Notes: generated from the letters alone by a model not told the origin. Counted from the first letter of the stretch, positions 51,601-59,889 are shown. The stretch: DNA of 64,000 nucleotides from Candidatus Uhrbacteria bacterium (GCA_016188425.1 JACPHX010000003.1:18606-82605), one strand, 5' to 3'. A program made the numbers and translations.

Positions 51601-51818
51601 ACTCCGAAGACGATGCTGTCTGGATTTTAATTGATGAAGTGACAGCATCCGATTTTACGGAAGGACAAATCGGAGTGCTATCCGAAGGCATGTTGCTGAG
51701 AGTCGATCAGCTCTTCGTTTACGAGCACAACCAAGGCGGTGACACCTTCTACGAACTTTTTTACGACGATGACGGCAATGTTTCTTCGATCGTAAAGAAG
51801 CCAATAATCGCATCTTAA
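48636..51818 (+). CDS. Large tail/baseplate protein with duplicated carbohydrate-binding-like modules
   Basis: N-terminal phage tail domain (LATVTV...ITDQR) and two copies of FW.YI...GWN...F...W..DS, each followed by a lectin-like domain. Confidence 0.7.
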   Translation: MATRVSYLNALNTYWQDIDIKNVERDFFTDGVADFSKSALSPEDVGDDLQVLAQAVPDKTVKIKAGVSYFTVLRSTDVDGDGTNDEFVLRFHNLEDIVLTIPDNTSGSPKTYEICCSIPDANMDAEDINSTASNIGSLIVQLQGSDLQNKYLLATVTVESGFTQVTNAKITDQRKRVQLKAIPEGLTANIDEINLALDGILASAEDLNILENTTVTKEEFNNALTGIESSADELNLLHDVAGLEKTDLEKLADVDASADEIDQALEGVSPDVTAANLNILMGGGFTNLHKHAADPLLSGITESPNYFYLPSGDVEAVSEKGIMTRFGYEEDTVQEDSQNIEVVNDNFQGYESNYKVITNFDNEAGETYTGGSFDTSEYKQGTQARKLSLTTDSTATLLIDIPSKNISAFSGSDKIEFWVYISALANIDMATLQLGSTTPSTNYFQNNFLSQLTQNGWNHVSIPMSSFTQGGSPNWNNIIRVRLEFSTSTGGASDFIADSMRVVKAANTTNAFWSNDAGFWEIHDLSGLKRYVKTDEVTGDKNSVLSLGNQSRNYQNGIFTARIRRLQGSSNSGIKWRYTSPTSCYCAYFTGTELKFAKNAGTVILSVAYVISANTDYWLRVAFNGASVIISTSLDGITFTTQISTTDSSITTAGQVALFDNGNITAFDKVILQQTSITYERDVADRLFKIEENTGEGEKFDGFGSFFKRIATFETEENTMTGGAADTTNYKTGSQGWKVSAASSYAYDNTLNLDLTKFEDGISSANTDVIAFWAYIATEIPTSIRLELSVTQDVKEAEATINTASLALGWNYIEVAKSAFTTIGGFDWSSVKQVRFWYVHGNSNPKVTFDSIQLVKSNGIVTSKYDTTNGKWLIEKDIENSNQYLVQSDEAAGEKFLALKTDGEKNIFQNFTYRGAFNARRGNACALIFKYQNFTNFLRLQTKDGRISFVKRVAGTDTVLGEEMAFTPTTADFFYLKVECDSNSFKYYYSEDDAVWILIDEVTASDFTEGQIGVLSEGMLLRVDQLFVYEHNQGGDTFYELFYDDDGNVSSIVKKPIIAS

Positions 51819-51836
51819 TTATTTAACTAAAATATT

Positions 51837-54251
51837 ATGGCAAATATCACTATCGGTGGCGGATCTGGTTCAGTCTTCAAGGACGCGATCCCGTCCGCGC
51901 TGCAATTCACGAGCTGGGATATCTATCAGTGGTTTCAGCAAGGCGGTCAGGGGTTTAACCTCAACTACCAAAACTTCAACTACAACCCTGTTTATTTCAA
52001 CCACGTCTTTGATGTGGCAAACAAGAAATTCTTCGCGTTGCCTCAGGGAATGGGAAATAAATACGACTACAAGTACGACAAGCAAAGTCCGATCGGAGTT
52101 TACAAATATGATCATCAAACAGACACGAGTACGTGGATTGAGTTCAATAAAACGGATGTTTATAACAACCGAAGCCGATTCAACAACTCGAATAATTACA
52201 CCTACAACAACATCGTTTACGATGAGACCACAAACAGACTTTTCTTTTTGTGCTATAGCGACAAAACCCTTTGGGAAATCGACCAAACTACTGGCGCGAT
52301 TACGCAAAAAACTACCTGTACGGCAGCTGGTACGATAGCATCAGTCGTTGCTTGCAACGGGATTCTTTATGTTCTTGATACAAGCAGAAACTTCGTCAAA
52401 TACACCATCGCGAGCAATGCTTGGGCATCGCTAACAACATTGACTGGATCGCACAGTCTTAGTCAAGGATATGCCCGTTTGCTTACTGACGGTACCGCTT
52501 GGGTTATCTTCGTGCCTTATCAAAACATGCAGAGCGCTGGGCTGGAGTTAATGAAATACAGCATCTCTGGAAATACTTGGACGGCAGCCATAGGAACAAG
52601 CGCGCCAAGCAGCACGAATTATTACATTTCCGAAGTGTTCAACGGGTTTGTGTATGTTCAGTACCTAAATTCCAGCGACAACTACAGCACGATCTGGAAA
52701 TACAACATCACTGGGAACACGTGGACTGCAAGCGCGCTGAACCTCAGAACAAAAGGATTAACGAATGGCGGAGCTTACGGAATGTTTCGAGCCAACAGCA
52801 AACTTTATTGGATCGGCTCCTACCAAGTAAATGACTACACCGACACCCGTGCCATGCAAAAATACGGTATATGGGAAATGGATACGGCGGAAAACTTCAC
52901 GCTTAATGCGAACAAGTTCATGCCAGTTCAGATTGGCCAGTGGTGCTACAACCAGCAAACTGGATACGAACAAGACATGATGGCGGTCAGTAAATCCAAC
53001 GGGAGATACCAGATTTATTGCGGATTCCATTCTTATGCCCGAGGTTACCGCTATTTTCCATACATTGATCCAACGCTGAAAACCGTCGAATGGGTGAAAG
53101 TCCCAATGGAATCAGGAAAGGAAAAAGAATGGAGCGGTTGGGGCGCCGTTGTGAAAAACGGAAAGCTCTACATGATTGATCCCGTATCGCTAGATATGTT
53201 TGTTTGCACGATCGGAACTTGGACTTGGACGAAGAAAGACAACATTTACACGCGCATCGGAAACAAAATGCCATACAGCGTCCATGGGGACGAATGGTAT
53301 TACGGGTGCGGTCTTGCCAATCAAAGCGGTTGTACTCCTCATCAGCTTGTCGGTGGGTTATTTACCGTAAAAGAAGATGCCACCAACATCTACCTGATGG
53401 CGCCACGATACGGATCAAATGACTACGTTTTCGTCTACAAATATGATGTTGCAGCAAATCAATGGAGCGTCTTGAACACATCAGGCTCAATGCCGAACGC
53501 TTATCTTGGAAACAACACGTCGCAAAGCAGTTATGCGATGTGGAAGAGCCACTTGATCTCATCAAACGAAGCCAGCACATGGCTGCTTCTGACATCTCAT
53601 TGCTATAACAGCACGACTCAATACTTCGTTCAGAGATATTACGCGTTCAATCCGACCGATGGTTCATTCGAGGCCGTGGTTGGATATAACCACACAAGCC
53701 AATGGTACGGAGTTTACGGATTCACGCTTGAAGGAAAGCCAATCTGGCACACAAGCACTGGCGACAGCAAGCTCTACTACAATGACATGAGCACTATGGC
53801 TTATGACGTTACAAATAAGCTGCTCGAGCAATTCCTGAATGACCAAAACAAATATATCTGGATGCAAAGCACGTTCTGCCAAAACGCTGTGGCTATCTTC
53901 AATTTGGATTCTAGCAACTTCGAAAAGTGCTTCATGCTTCGAATGGACATCAGTAGCACGCTAGGAGCGGTAAACCAGATTTGGGGATTCTATCAGCAAA
54001 TTGATGCAGTGAAGGGCGGGTATCTTCTCGGTTGGGCAAGAAGCGCTTCGTTGAGCTCGCCTTACCGTTACGGCCGAATCATGATCGATAACGACAATGT
54101 TCGATCAGTGATCGTAAATGACGCACTGCCGTCATCAGTTGTTGATTCAGCCACAGTCTTCACAACCAAAGTGAAGAAAAACTTCAAACTTTATCTCGAG
54201 TATTGGTGCTACAACAACGGTCTAGTGACCTTCTTTGCGCCAACCAATTAA
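51837..54251 (+). CDS. Kelch-like beta-propeller protein (putative receptor-binding)
   Basis: Repeated KY.I..N.W blades (KYTIASNAW, KYSISGNTW, KYNITGNTW, KYDVAANQW). Confidence 0.7.
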   Translation: MANITIGGGSGSVFKDAIPSALQFTSWDIYQWFQQGGQGFNLNYQNFNYNPVYFNHVFDVANKKFFALPQGMGNKYDYKYDKQSPIGVYKYDHQTDTSTWIEFNKTDVYNNRSRFNNSNNYTYNNIVYDETTNRLFFLCYSDKTLWEIDQTTGAITQKTTCTAAGTIASVVACNGILYVLDTSRNFVKYTIASNAWASLTTLTGSHSLSQGYARLLTDGTAWVIFVPYQNMQSAGLELMKYSISGNTWTAAIGTSAPSSTNYYISEVFNGFVYVQYLNSSDNYSTIWKYNITGNTWTASALNLRTKGLTNGGAYGMFRANSKLYWIGSYQVNDYTDTRAMQKYGIWEMDTAENFTLNANKFMPVQIGQWCYNQQTGYEQDMMAVSKSNGRYQIYCGFHSYARGYRYFPYIDPTLKTVEWVKVPMESGKEKEWSGWGAVVKNGKLYMIDPVSLDMFVCTIGTWTWTKKDNIYTRIGNKMPYSVHGDEWYYGCGLANQSGCTPHQLVGGLFTVKEDATNIYLMAPRYGSNDYVFVYKYDVAANQWSVLNTSGSMPNAYLGNNTSQSSYAMWKSHLISSNEASTWLLLTSHCYNSTTQYFVQRYYAFNPTDGSFEAVVGYNHTSQWYGVYGFTLEGKPIWHTSTGDSKLYYNDMSTMAYDVTNKLLEQFLNDQNKYIWMQSTFCQNAVAIFNLDSSNFEKCFMLRMDISSTLGAVNQIWGFYQQIDAVKGGYLLGWARSASLSSPYRYGRIMIDNDNVRSVIVNDALPSSVVDSATVFTTKVKKNFKLYLEYWCYNNGLVTFFAPTN

Positions 54252-54270
54252 TCACTAACCACATAACATT

Positions 54271-54747
54271 ATGAAATTCTACAAAGCAAAACACTCAACC
54301 GTCGGCGATGGCGTCGAAGCCACCGTCGTTTACCACAAAGACAATGGCGATGAGCTCGTGCACGTTCGCGAGGGATTCGATGAGTTTGAGAAACTCAATC
54401 CAGACGCCAAAGCCCAGACTACCGAAGAGGCCGACAAGCTTATAGAAAAAGCGGCCATCAGACTCGCGGTTCCAACTAAGACGGAACTCCGCAAGGAAAA
54501 CAAGCTTTCGTTACAGGAAATTGAGGCTGAAATCCAAAATGAGGCAACTTCGACCGCTGATATTTCAGTGGTCGAAGAAAAAGACGATGAAGGCAAGCCC
54601 GTTCAAAAACTGACCTATTTCGAGCATCGGGAAATCAAATCGGTCGAGGATTTTCTCGCAGCTCAGGAAGGACAGAAAAAGGAGCTTGCCCACGAACCAG
54701 TGGAAGAGCCGATTGAAACCAAAACAGATACTGAAGAGAAATTGTAA
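54271..54747 (+). CDS. Hypothetical acidic phage protein
   Basis: 158-aa ORF between the tail genes and the lysin. Confidence 0.6.
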   Translation: MKFYKAKHSTVGDGVEATVVYHKDNGDELVHVREGFDEFEKLNPDAKAQTTEEADKLIEKAAIRLAVPTKTELRKENKLSLQEIEAEIQNEATSTADISVVEEKDDEGKPVQKLTYFEHREIKSVEDFLAAQEGQKKELAHEPVEEPIETKTDTEEKL

Positions 54748-54766
54748 TCATTAACCCCGTTATCGT

Positions 54767-55492
54767 ATGCCAAAATTATACTTAATTGCTGGGCACACTC
54801 AGGGCAAAGATGAAGGTGCCCAGAACCTGAAAACCAAGGAAACCGAAAACCTGATCGCAAGGAATATCCTTTTGCAGGTATTCCCAAAGATCAAAGAGCA
54901 GATATTTACCGATCTCTGCCCGTTTGACCTGACTCTTGACGAGCAGACGAAGTGGATCAATAAGAGGGCGAGCGAAAACGATTACGTCGTTTGCTGCCAT
55001 TTAAACTCCTCGCCCGAGCGCAAAGAAACAGGCGCCCTCTGCTTTTATTACGGCGGAAGCGAGGAAAGCAAAGAAAAAGCCGATAAGTTCCTGAAAACCT
55101 ACTGCCAAGAGATTGGCCTGCGAAATGCTGGGCTATTGGCCGACACTCAAAGCCGCTTCGGCCGACTCGGGATTGTGAGGGATACCAAGGGTTGGTCATT
55201 TCTGTTGGAAATGGGCTCGATCAATAACGACGTTGAAACCGTGAAGGTCAAGGGAGCTCAAGCCCTAATTAAGGCTTTGCAGACGCTTGTTGGCTTTTCT
55301 GACGCCCCAGTGGCAGTAAACCAGCTGTTTGCCGATGTTCCCGCCATACACCCCGATTTTGAGGCAGTTAAGTGGGCAAAGGAAAAGGGTGTGGCCGCAG
55401 GATACCCAGATGGCAGGCTTGGAGTGGATGAACCGCTTAAAGTAGGGCGATTCTTGTCATTTCTAAAAAAATATGATAACTTACTTAAGTAA
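54767..55492 (+). CDS. Endolysin: N-acetylmuramoyl-L-alanine amidase (Amidase_3) + SLH domain
   Basis: AGH...D.GA...E, CHLNS, LLEMG; C-terminal FADVP..HP.FEAV.W..EKGV..GYPDG. Confidence 0.85.
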   Translation: MPKLYLIAGHTQGKDEGAQNLKTKETENLIARNILLQVFPKIKEQIFTDLCPFDLTLDEQTKWINKRASENDYVVCCHLNSSPERKETGALCFYYGGSEESKEKADKFLKTYCQEIGLRNAGLLADTQSRFGRLGIVRDTKGWSFLLEMGSINNDVETVKVKGAQALIKALQTLVGFSDAPVAVNQLFADVPAIHPDFEAVKWAKEKGVAAGYPDGRLGVDEPLKVGRFLSFLKKYDNLLK

Positions 55493-55642
55493 ACGGGCGG
55501 TTTTTTCCGCGAAGTGTTGGCAAAGTTGCTGGTACGGCACAAGATCGACGGAAGCGAAATATTCCTTGATTCCGAGCACAACTTCCTCCACAATTTGGGG
55601 CAACCATTTGGTTAGCGGTTCCAATCGCGTTAATGACCCCCC
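55481..55642 (-). other. Orphan 3' segment of the integrase gene (joined only in the excised/attP state)
   Basis: 53 stop-free codons, GGSLTRLEPLTKWLPQIVEEVVLGIKEYFASVDLVPYQQLCQHFAEKTARLLK*, in frame with the integrase across CCACCA. Confidence 0.75.
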
Positions 55643-55648
55643 ACCAAA

Positions 55649-55682
55649 AACACCCAGGATTTTTTCCTGGGTGTTGTTGTTT
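55649..55682 (+). terminator. Displaced native tRNA-Val terminator
   Basis: AACACCCAGGA-TTTTT-TCCTGGGTGTT followed by a T/G-rich tail, right after attR. Confidence 0.7.
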
Positions 55683-55839
55683 CCCCCAAAATGCGAAGGC
55701 CCCCGGATCTCATTGAGATACGGGGGCTCGTGGACGTGACGCCGGCGTCGAAGGTCGGACGCGGCGCGATAATACCGACTCTGTCAAGAGGCGGCTTGCG
55801 TCTCGGGGCGGGGTGCAGGGACCCCGCCTATTTGGAAAA

Positions 55840-56586
55840 TCAGAACACCCTCCCCTTGCCCGTAATCACCTTCAAAACCCCGGGAACAATGCCGATTTCA
55901 AAACGGTTTCCTTTCAGTATTTCCCCGTCGACCATCAGCTCGGTTTCCCCTTCAATGACGAATTGCTTGTCTTTCCAGCGGGTGACCCCCATTTTTGAGC
56001 GTTTAAAAATACCCCAACCGCTCTTTACTGGAACCGTCAGGGTCAGGTCCAGAAGGCCATCCCGCGGATCCGGGGCTGTCTCCCGATCGGGGGCGAGCGC
56101 CAGGTTAAAAATATCCAACACGGCGGCACGCTCTGGTGTGAGGCGGAATGATCCGCCAGCACACGCAACGGATCCGATAAAATTTTCTGCGTGGACGCCC
56201 CCCATGAAACGACGAGTATTGATGTGCCCCATGTCGATGGTCTCGATAATACGAGCCGAGAGAACGTCGCAGGCCGCGACCCCGGCAGGGACGCCGAAAA
56301 TCTTGGCGAGCGTCGTTTCCTCCCCCATGGGGATCATCCCGAAGGTCACGGCGGTGTCCGCGACAAGGTCGATGACTTTGCGGGTCGTCAAGTCGTTTCC
56401 GACAACGATGATGTTCTTGATGCCGCGACGGATTTCATCGCGCACCATTTCCTGGGGGTCGCGAAACAAGGCCAAGCGCACGATTTTGCCGGCGATCCCA
56501 AGGTCGGTCAACCGATTCTCGACAAGCAAGAGGTCTTTTTCGAACCGCTTATCGGAAACGAATTCATCGTAGATGTAACAATACAC
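55840..56586 (-). CDS. Diacylglycerol kinase catalytic-domain family protein
   Basis: IIVVGNDLT, FGMIPMG, IDMG.IN, DGLLD, VDGE. Confidence 0.75.
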   Translation of the reverse strand: MYCYIYDEFVSDKRFEKDLLLVENRLTDLGIAGKIVRLALFRDPQEMVRDEIRRGIKNIIVVGNDLTTRKVIDLVADTAVTFGMIPMGEETTLAKIFGVPAGVAACDVLSARIIETIDMGHINTRRFMGGVHAENFIGSVACAGGSFRLTPERAAVLDIFNLALAPDRETAPDPRDGLLDLTLTVPVKSGWGIFKRSKMGVTRWKDKQFVIEGETELMVDGEILKGNRFEIGIVPGVLKVITGKGRVF

Positions 56587-56594
56587 ATGTGGAG

Positions 56595-56936
56595 CTATTC
56601 ATCGCCGCGACCCGTACGCCCCATGCTGACCCGACCATTAATCGAGGCACCAGGAGTAACCGAGAGTATTTGCGTATTGATATCTCCGGTGATCTTCGAA
56701 GATTCCGTTACCTCCAAGCGATCGGCTATCTCCATATTCCCAATTACCTCCCCGGCAATCACCGCCTTGGCCGCCGTCACATTCGCCTGGATCTTCGCGG
56801 TCTCGCCCACCCGAAGCGCGCCCGCGGCTCGCACGGTTCCGACCACTTCCCCGTCGATGATGACGTCTCCTGGCGATGTAAAATCCCCCTCCACCTTTAC
56901 CCCCTGTGCAATGATTGTTTCTTGTTGAGATCCCAT
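56595..56936 (-). CDS. Bactofilin (polymer-forming cytoskeletal protein)
   Basis: TIIAQGVKVEGD...IDGEVVG...GEVIGN...ITGDI...GASING. Confidence 0.9.
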   Translation of the reverse strand: MGSQQETIIAQGVKVEGDFTSPGDVIIDGEVVGTVRAAGALRVGETAKIQANVTAAKAVIAGEVIGNMEIADRLEVTESSKITGDINTQILSVTPGASINGRVSMGRTGRGDE

Positions 56937-56969
56937 AGAAAATTGATATGGTTTGATTGTAACACCCCC

Positions 56970-58682
56970 CTACATCTCCCGCACGGGCTTCATCCCCAGG
57001 ATGGAAAAACCGTTTTCAAGGACCCGAGAGACAACAGCACACAAAGCGAGGCGCCCCGCACGGACGTCCTTGTCCTCGGCCTGGACGATCGGCAGGCGGC
57101 CGTAAAGGTCGGAGAAGGCCTGGCAGAGGGTGAAGAGATGAAGGGTCAGCAATTCTGGCGCATAGTGAGCCGCGGCGGTACGCACGACGTCCGGATACGA
57201 CCCCAGCAACATGAGGAGCGCATGCTCTGCCGGGTCTTTGAGTGCCGCCACCATTTCCGGTTTGATCTTCTCCCGGCCCGCCCTTTTGCGCACGCTTTGG
57301 ATACGGGCATAGGTATACAGGAGATACGGGCCAGTCCTTCCCTCAAACGAGAGGGCCTTCTGCGTATCAAACGTCAGCGCCTTTTTCCGATCCTGGTCGA
57401 GCATGGTAAACCGCATGGCCGTGAAGGCGATGGCATGGGCCACGTCGCGCACCTGGGCGTCGGTCCAATCCGCATGACGGTCACGCGTGCTCGTCTGCGC
57501 GGCCTCAAGCAGCTTGTCGCGTAAATCCTCGTAGCGCGGCACATTCCCCTTCCGGCTGGAGATCGCCCCTTCCTTCATCGAGACATGGGCGTAGGAGATG
57601 TGGCTGTATTCTTTTTCGTGACCGAGTTTCTTTAAGCTCGCGAAAAGCTGCTTGAACACAAGCGCCTGGCGGTCGTCGACGACGATGAGGTTGCGATGCG
57701 GATGAACGTCTGATTCTTTCTCATAGGCAAGCGCCAAGTCCTTTGCGTTATACAAAAGCGTGCCGTCAGATTTGACCAACAGGTTCACGCCGAGTTTTTC
57801 CGTCTCCAAATCGATGATCCACGCTCCTTGGCTATGCGTCACCACTCCCTTCTTGATCCCCTCGTCGATGATCTCTTTCGCCGGCTTGATCATCTCGCTC
57901 TCGTAGTACTTCCGGTCGATGACAAGACCAAGCTCGTCGTACACCTTGTGAAGGTACTCAAGCGACCAGGCGCGCGTCTCCTGCCAGAGCGGGAGCAACG
58001 GCCCCTTCATCTCTTCCAGGTCTCGATGGATCGCGGAAATGACTTCCTTCACCCGTGCGTCCGCTTCCGATGTTTTCACTGCTTCCGCGTATTTTGCCCC
58101 GAGGTAGACCATCCGTTCCGTCGCATCCACTGGTGGCGTGCCACGATCGTTGGAGATGGCCCATAAACAGGCGGCCACATGTGCGCCCAGGTCGTTGATG
58201 TAGTAACACGGGATCACGTCGTATCCGTTCGCTTTCAAAAGGGAGATAAGCGAGAATCCCAAAAACAAATTCCGCAAATGCCCGACATGGACATCCTTGT
58301 GCGTGTTGAGGTTGGCATACTCGACCAACACCCGTATCCCCTTCCCGATGTCGTTGCTGCCGTAGTTCTCCCCCTCCTCGTGGATACGATTGACGACTTC
58401 CACGCCAAACGTCTGGTTGGAAAGGAAAAAATTCACATACGATCCCGCCGCGCGGATGTCGACAAGGTATTCCTTCGGGTTCATCTTAGCCGCGATCTCA
58501 CTCGCCATCTCGTTCGGCGGTTTCCCCTGCGCCTTCGCGACCGCAAAACACGGAAACGCCAAATCCCCCATCGCCACATCGGGCGCAGGGGCAAGATCAT
58601 CCATGCTCGGCGCGAACTCTTTGCCGATGGCAGCTTTGAGATCGCGGAGGATTTGTTGTTTGGCCAGCAAGAGCACGTCCAT
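56970..58682 (-). CDS. argS: Arginyl-tRNA synthetase
   Basis: HVGHLRN, YINDLG, KSDGT.LY..KD, SSRKG, GPYLLYTYAR, MKPVREM. Confidence 0.95.
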   Translation of the reverse strand: MDVLLLAKQQILRDLKAAIGKEFAPSMDDLAPAPDVAMGDLAFPCFAVAKAQGKPPNEMASEIAAKMNPKEYLVDIRAAGSYVNFFLSNQTFGVEVVNRIHEEGENYGSNDIGKGIRVLVEYANLNTHKDVHVGHLRNLFLGFSLISLLKANGYDVIPCYYINDLGAHVAACLWAISNDRGTPPVDATERMVYLGAKYAEAVKTSEADARVKEVISAIHRDLEEMKGPLLPLWQETRAWSLEYLHKVYDELGLVIDRKYYESEMIKPAKEIIDEGIKKGVVTHSQGAWIIDLETEKLGVNLLVKSDGTLLYNAKDLALAYEKESDVHPHRNLIVVDDRQALVFKQLFASLKKLGHEKEYSHISYAHVSMKEGAISSRKGNVPRYEDLRDKLLEAAQTSTRDRHADWTDAQVRDVAHAIAFTAMRFTMLDQDRKKALTFDTQKALSFEGRTGPYLLYTYARIQSVRKRAGREKIKPEMVAALKDPAEHALLMLLGSYPDVVRTAAAHYAPELLTLHLFTLCQAFSDLYGRLPIVQAEDKDVRAGRLALCAVVSRVLENGFSILGMKPVREM

Positions 58683-58683
58683 A

Positions 58684-59889
58684 TCAAGCGATGATGCGTA
58701 AGAAATGGTGCTTCCCTTTTTGAAGAACGAACGGAGCCTTGGAAGGGTCGAGCTGCAGGTTCTCATCTGCTACAACTTTCTCCGCTATCTTCACCCCTCC
58801 TTGGCGGATGGTGCGGCGGGCGTCGGTTTTGGACGAGACGAGACCGCTCAAGACGAGGATGTCGATGATGGCGGCAGGGCCAGACAAACAGAATTCAGGC
58901 ATCTCGGAGGGTATTTCTCCTTTAGAGAAGGTCGAAACGAAGGCCTCTTTGGCACTCATGGCAGCTTGCTCCCCATCGAGGGACTTCACAAGCTCGAAGG
59001 CGAGGCGCATCTTGTGCTCCTTGGGGTTTGCGCCGTCGCCGATTTCGATATTGGCTTCTTTGATTTCTCCCATCGACATGTCGGTCAGCAATTCCATTCC
59101 GGGAACGATGAGCCCGTCGGGCCAGGACATCACCTTGCCGAACTTGTCGGCGGGTGCATCCATGAGGCGAACCATGTTCCCCCCGGTCTTGCCCATTTTC
59201 TTCCCCGTTGAGTCGACGAGGAGCTTGGTCGCGACCACAAATTTTTCCTTCCCTTTCACCGACTTCATGAGGTCGCGCCCCATGAGCATGTTGAAGGTTT
59301 GGTCATTGCCGCCGATCTCGCCGTCGACATCCATGGCGATGGAATCCTGGCCTTGCATGAGGGGGTAGAGAAACTCGTGGATGTAAATCGGTTTGTCGTC
59401 GTCGATGCGCTTCTGGAACATGTCGCGTTCCAACATCTGTTGGACGCTCGCATGCGACGCCAAATCAACGACGTCCGCAAAAGACATCTTTCCGAGCCAA
59501 TCCGCGTTGAATTTGATCTGCACGGGATTCTCTCCGCCGAAATCCAAAATCTTGCTGGCCTGTTGTTTGTATGCTTTGGCGTTGTCCATCACTTCCTCGG
59601 CCGTCAGGCGCTTACGAGCCGCCGACTTGTCTGTAGGGTCGCCGATCATCGCGGTGAAGTTGCCGATGAGGAGAATGACCTCATGGCCCAGACGCTGGAA
59701 CTCGCGCAGTTTGCGCAACTGGATGCTGTGGCCGATGTGGAGGTCGGTGCCCGTGGGGTCGATGCCGAGATAGAGACGAAGACGCTTACCTTCCTTGAGT
59801 CGCGCTTCGAGAAAATCGAAGGAGGGGTACACGTGCTCGACGCCGCGGGTGAGGAGATCGGTTATGAGCTGAGTGTCAATTGATGGCAT
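58684..59889 (-). CDS. tyrS: Tyrosyl-tRNA synthetase
   Basis: GIDPT..LHIGH, YPLMQG.D, GGNDQ.FN, KMGKT, C-terminal S4 domain. Confidence 0.96.
   Translation of the reverse strand: MPSIDTQLITDLLTRGVEHVYPSFDFLEARLKEGKRLRLYLGIDPTGTDLHIGHSIQLRKLREFQRLGHEVILLIGNFTAMIGDPTDKSAARKRLTAEEVMDNAKAYKQQASKILDFGGENPVQIKFNADWLGKMSFADVVDLASHASVQQMLERDMFQKRIDDDKPIYIHEFLYPLMQGQDSIAMDVDGEIGGNDQTFNMLMGRDLMKSVKGKEKFVVATKLLVDSTGKKMGKTGGNMVRLMDAPADKFGKVMSWPDGLIVPGMELLTDMSMGEIKEANIEIGDGANPKEHKMRLAFELVKSLDGEQAAMSAKEAFVSTFSKGEIPSEMPEFCLSGPAAIIDILVLSGLVSSKTDARRTIRQGGVKIAEKVVADENLQLDPSKAPFVLQKGKHHFLRIIA

Larger units (their letters stand above)
14089..55646. mobile_element. Siphovirus-like prophage integrated at the tRNA-Val 3' end (core CCACCA at 14089-14094 and 55641-55646)
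   Basis: Integrase, repressor, replication, packaging, head, tail and lysin modules in order. Visibly more AT-rich than the flanks. The right CCACCA is followed by a terminator hairpin and then host genes. Confidence 0.9.

Noticed and set aside
51837-54251. Diversity-generating retroelement target (AAC-rich tail gene)
   Set aside because: No reverse transcriptase and no template/variable repeat pair were seen in the window.
14095-55640. Stop-codon reassignment in the phage
   Set aside because: Genes are full length in code 11. The two broken neck genes need frame changes, not readthrough.
55610-55646. Second tRNA or long tRNA-fragment duplication at attR
   Set aside because: Only CCACCA and a shifted T-loop-like motif match, with no cloverleaf. 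This is consistent with a serine-integrase site.
55691-55830. ncRNA in the GC-rich hairpin region after attR
   Set aside because: Several hairpins are present but no recognisable family motif; insufficient support.
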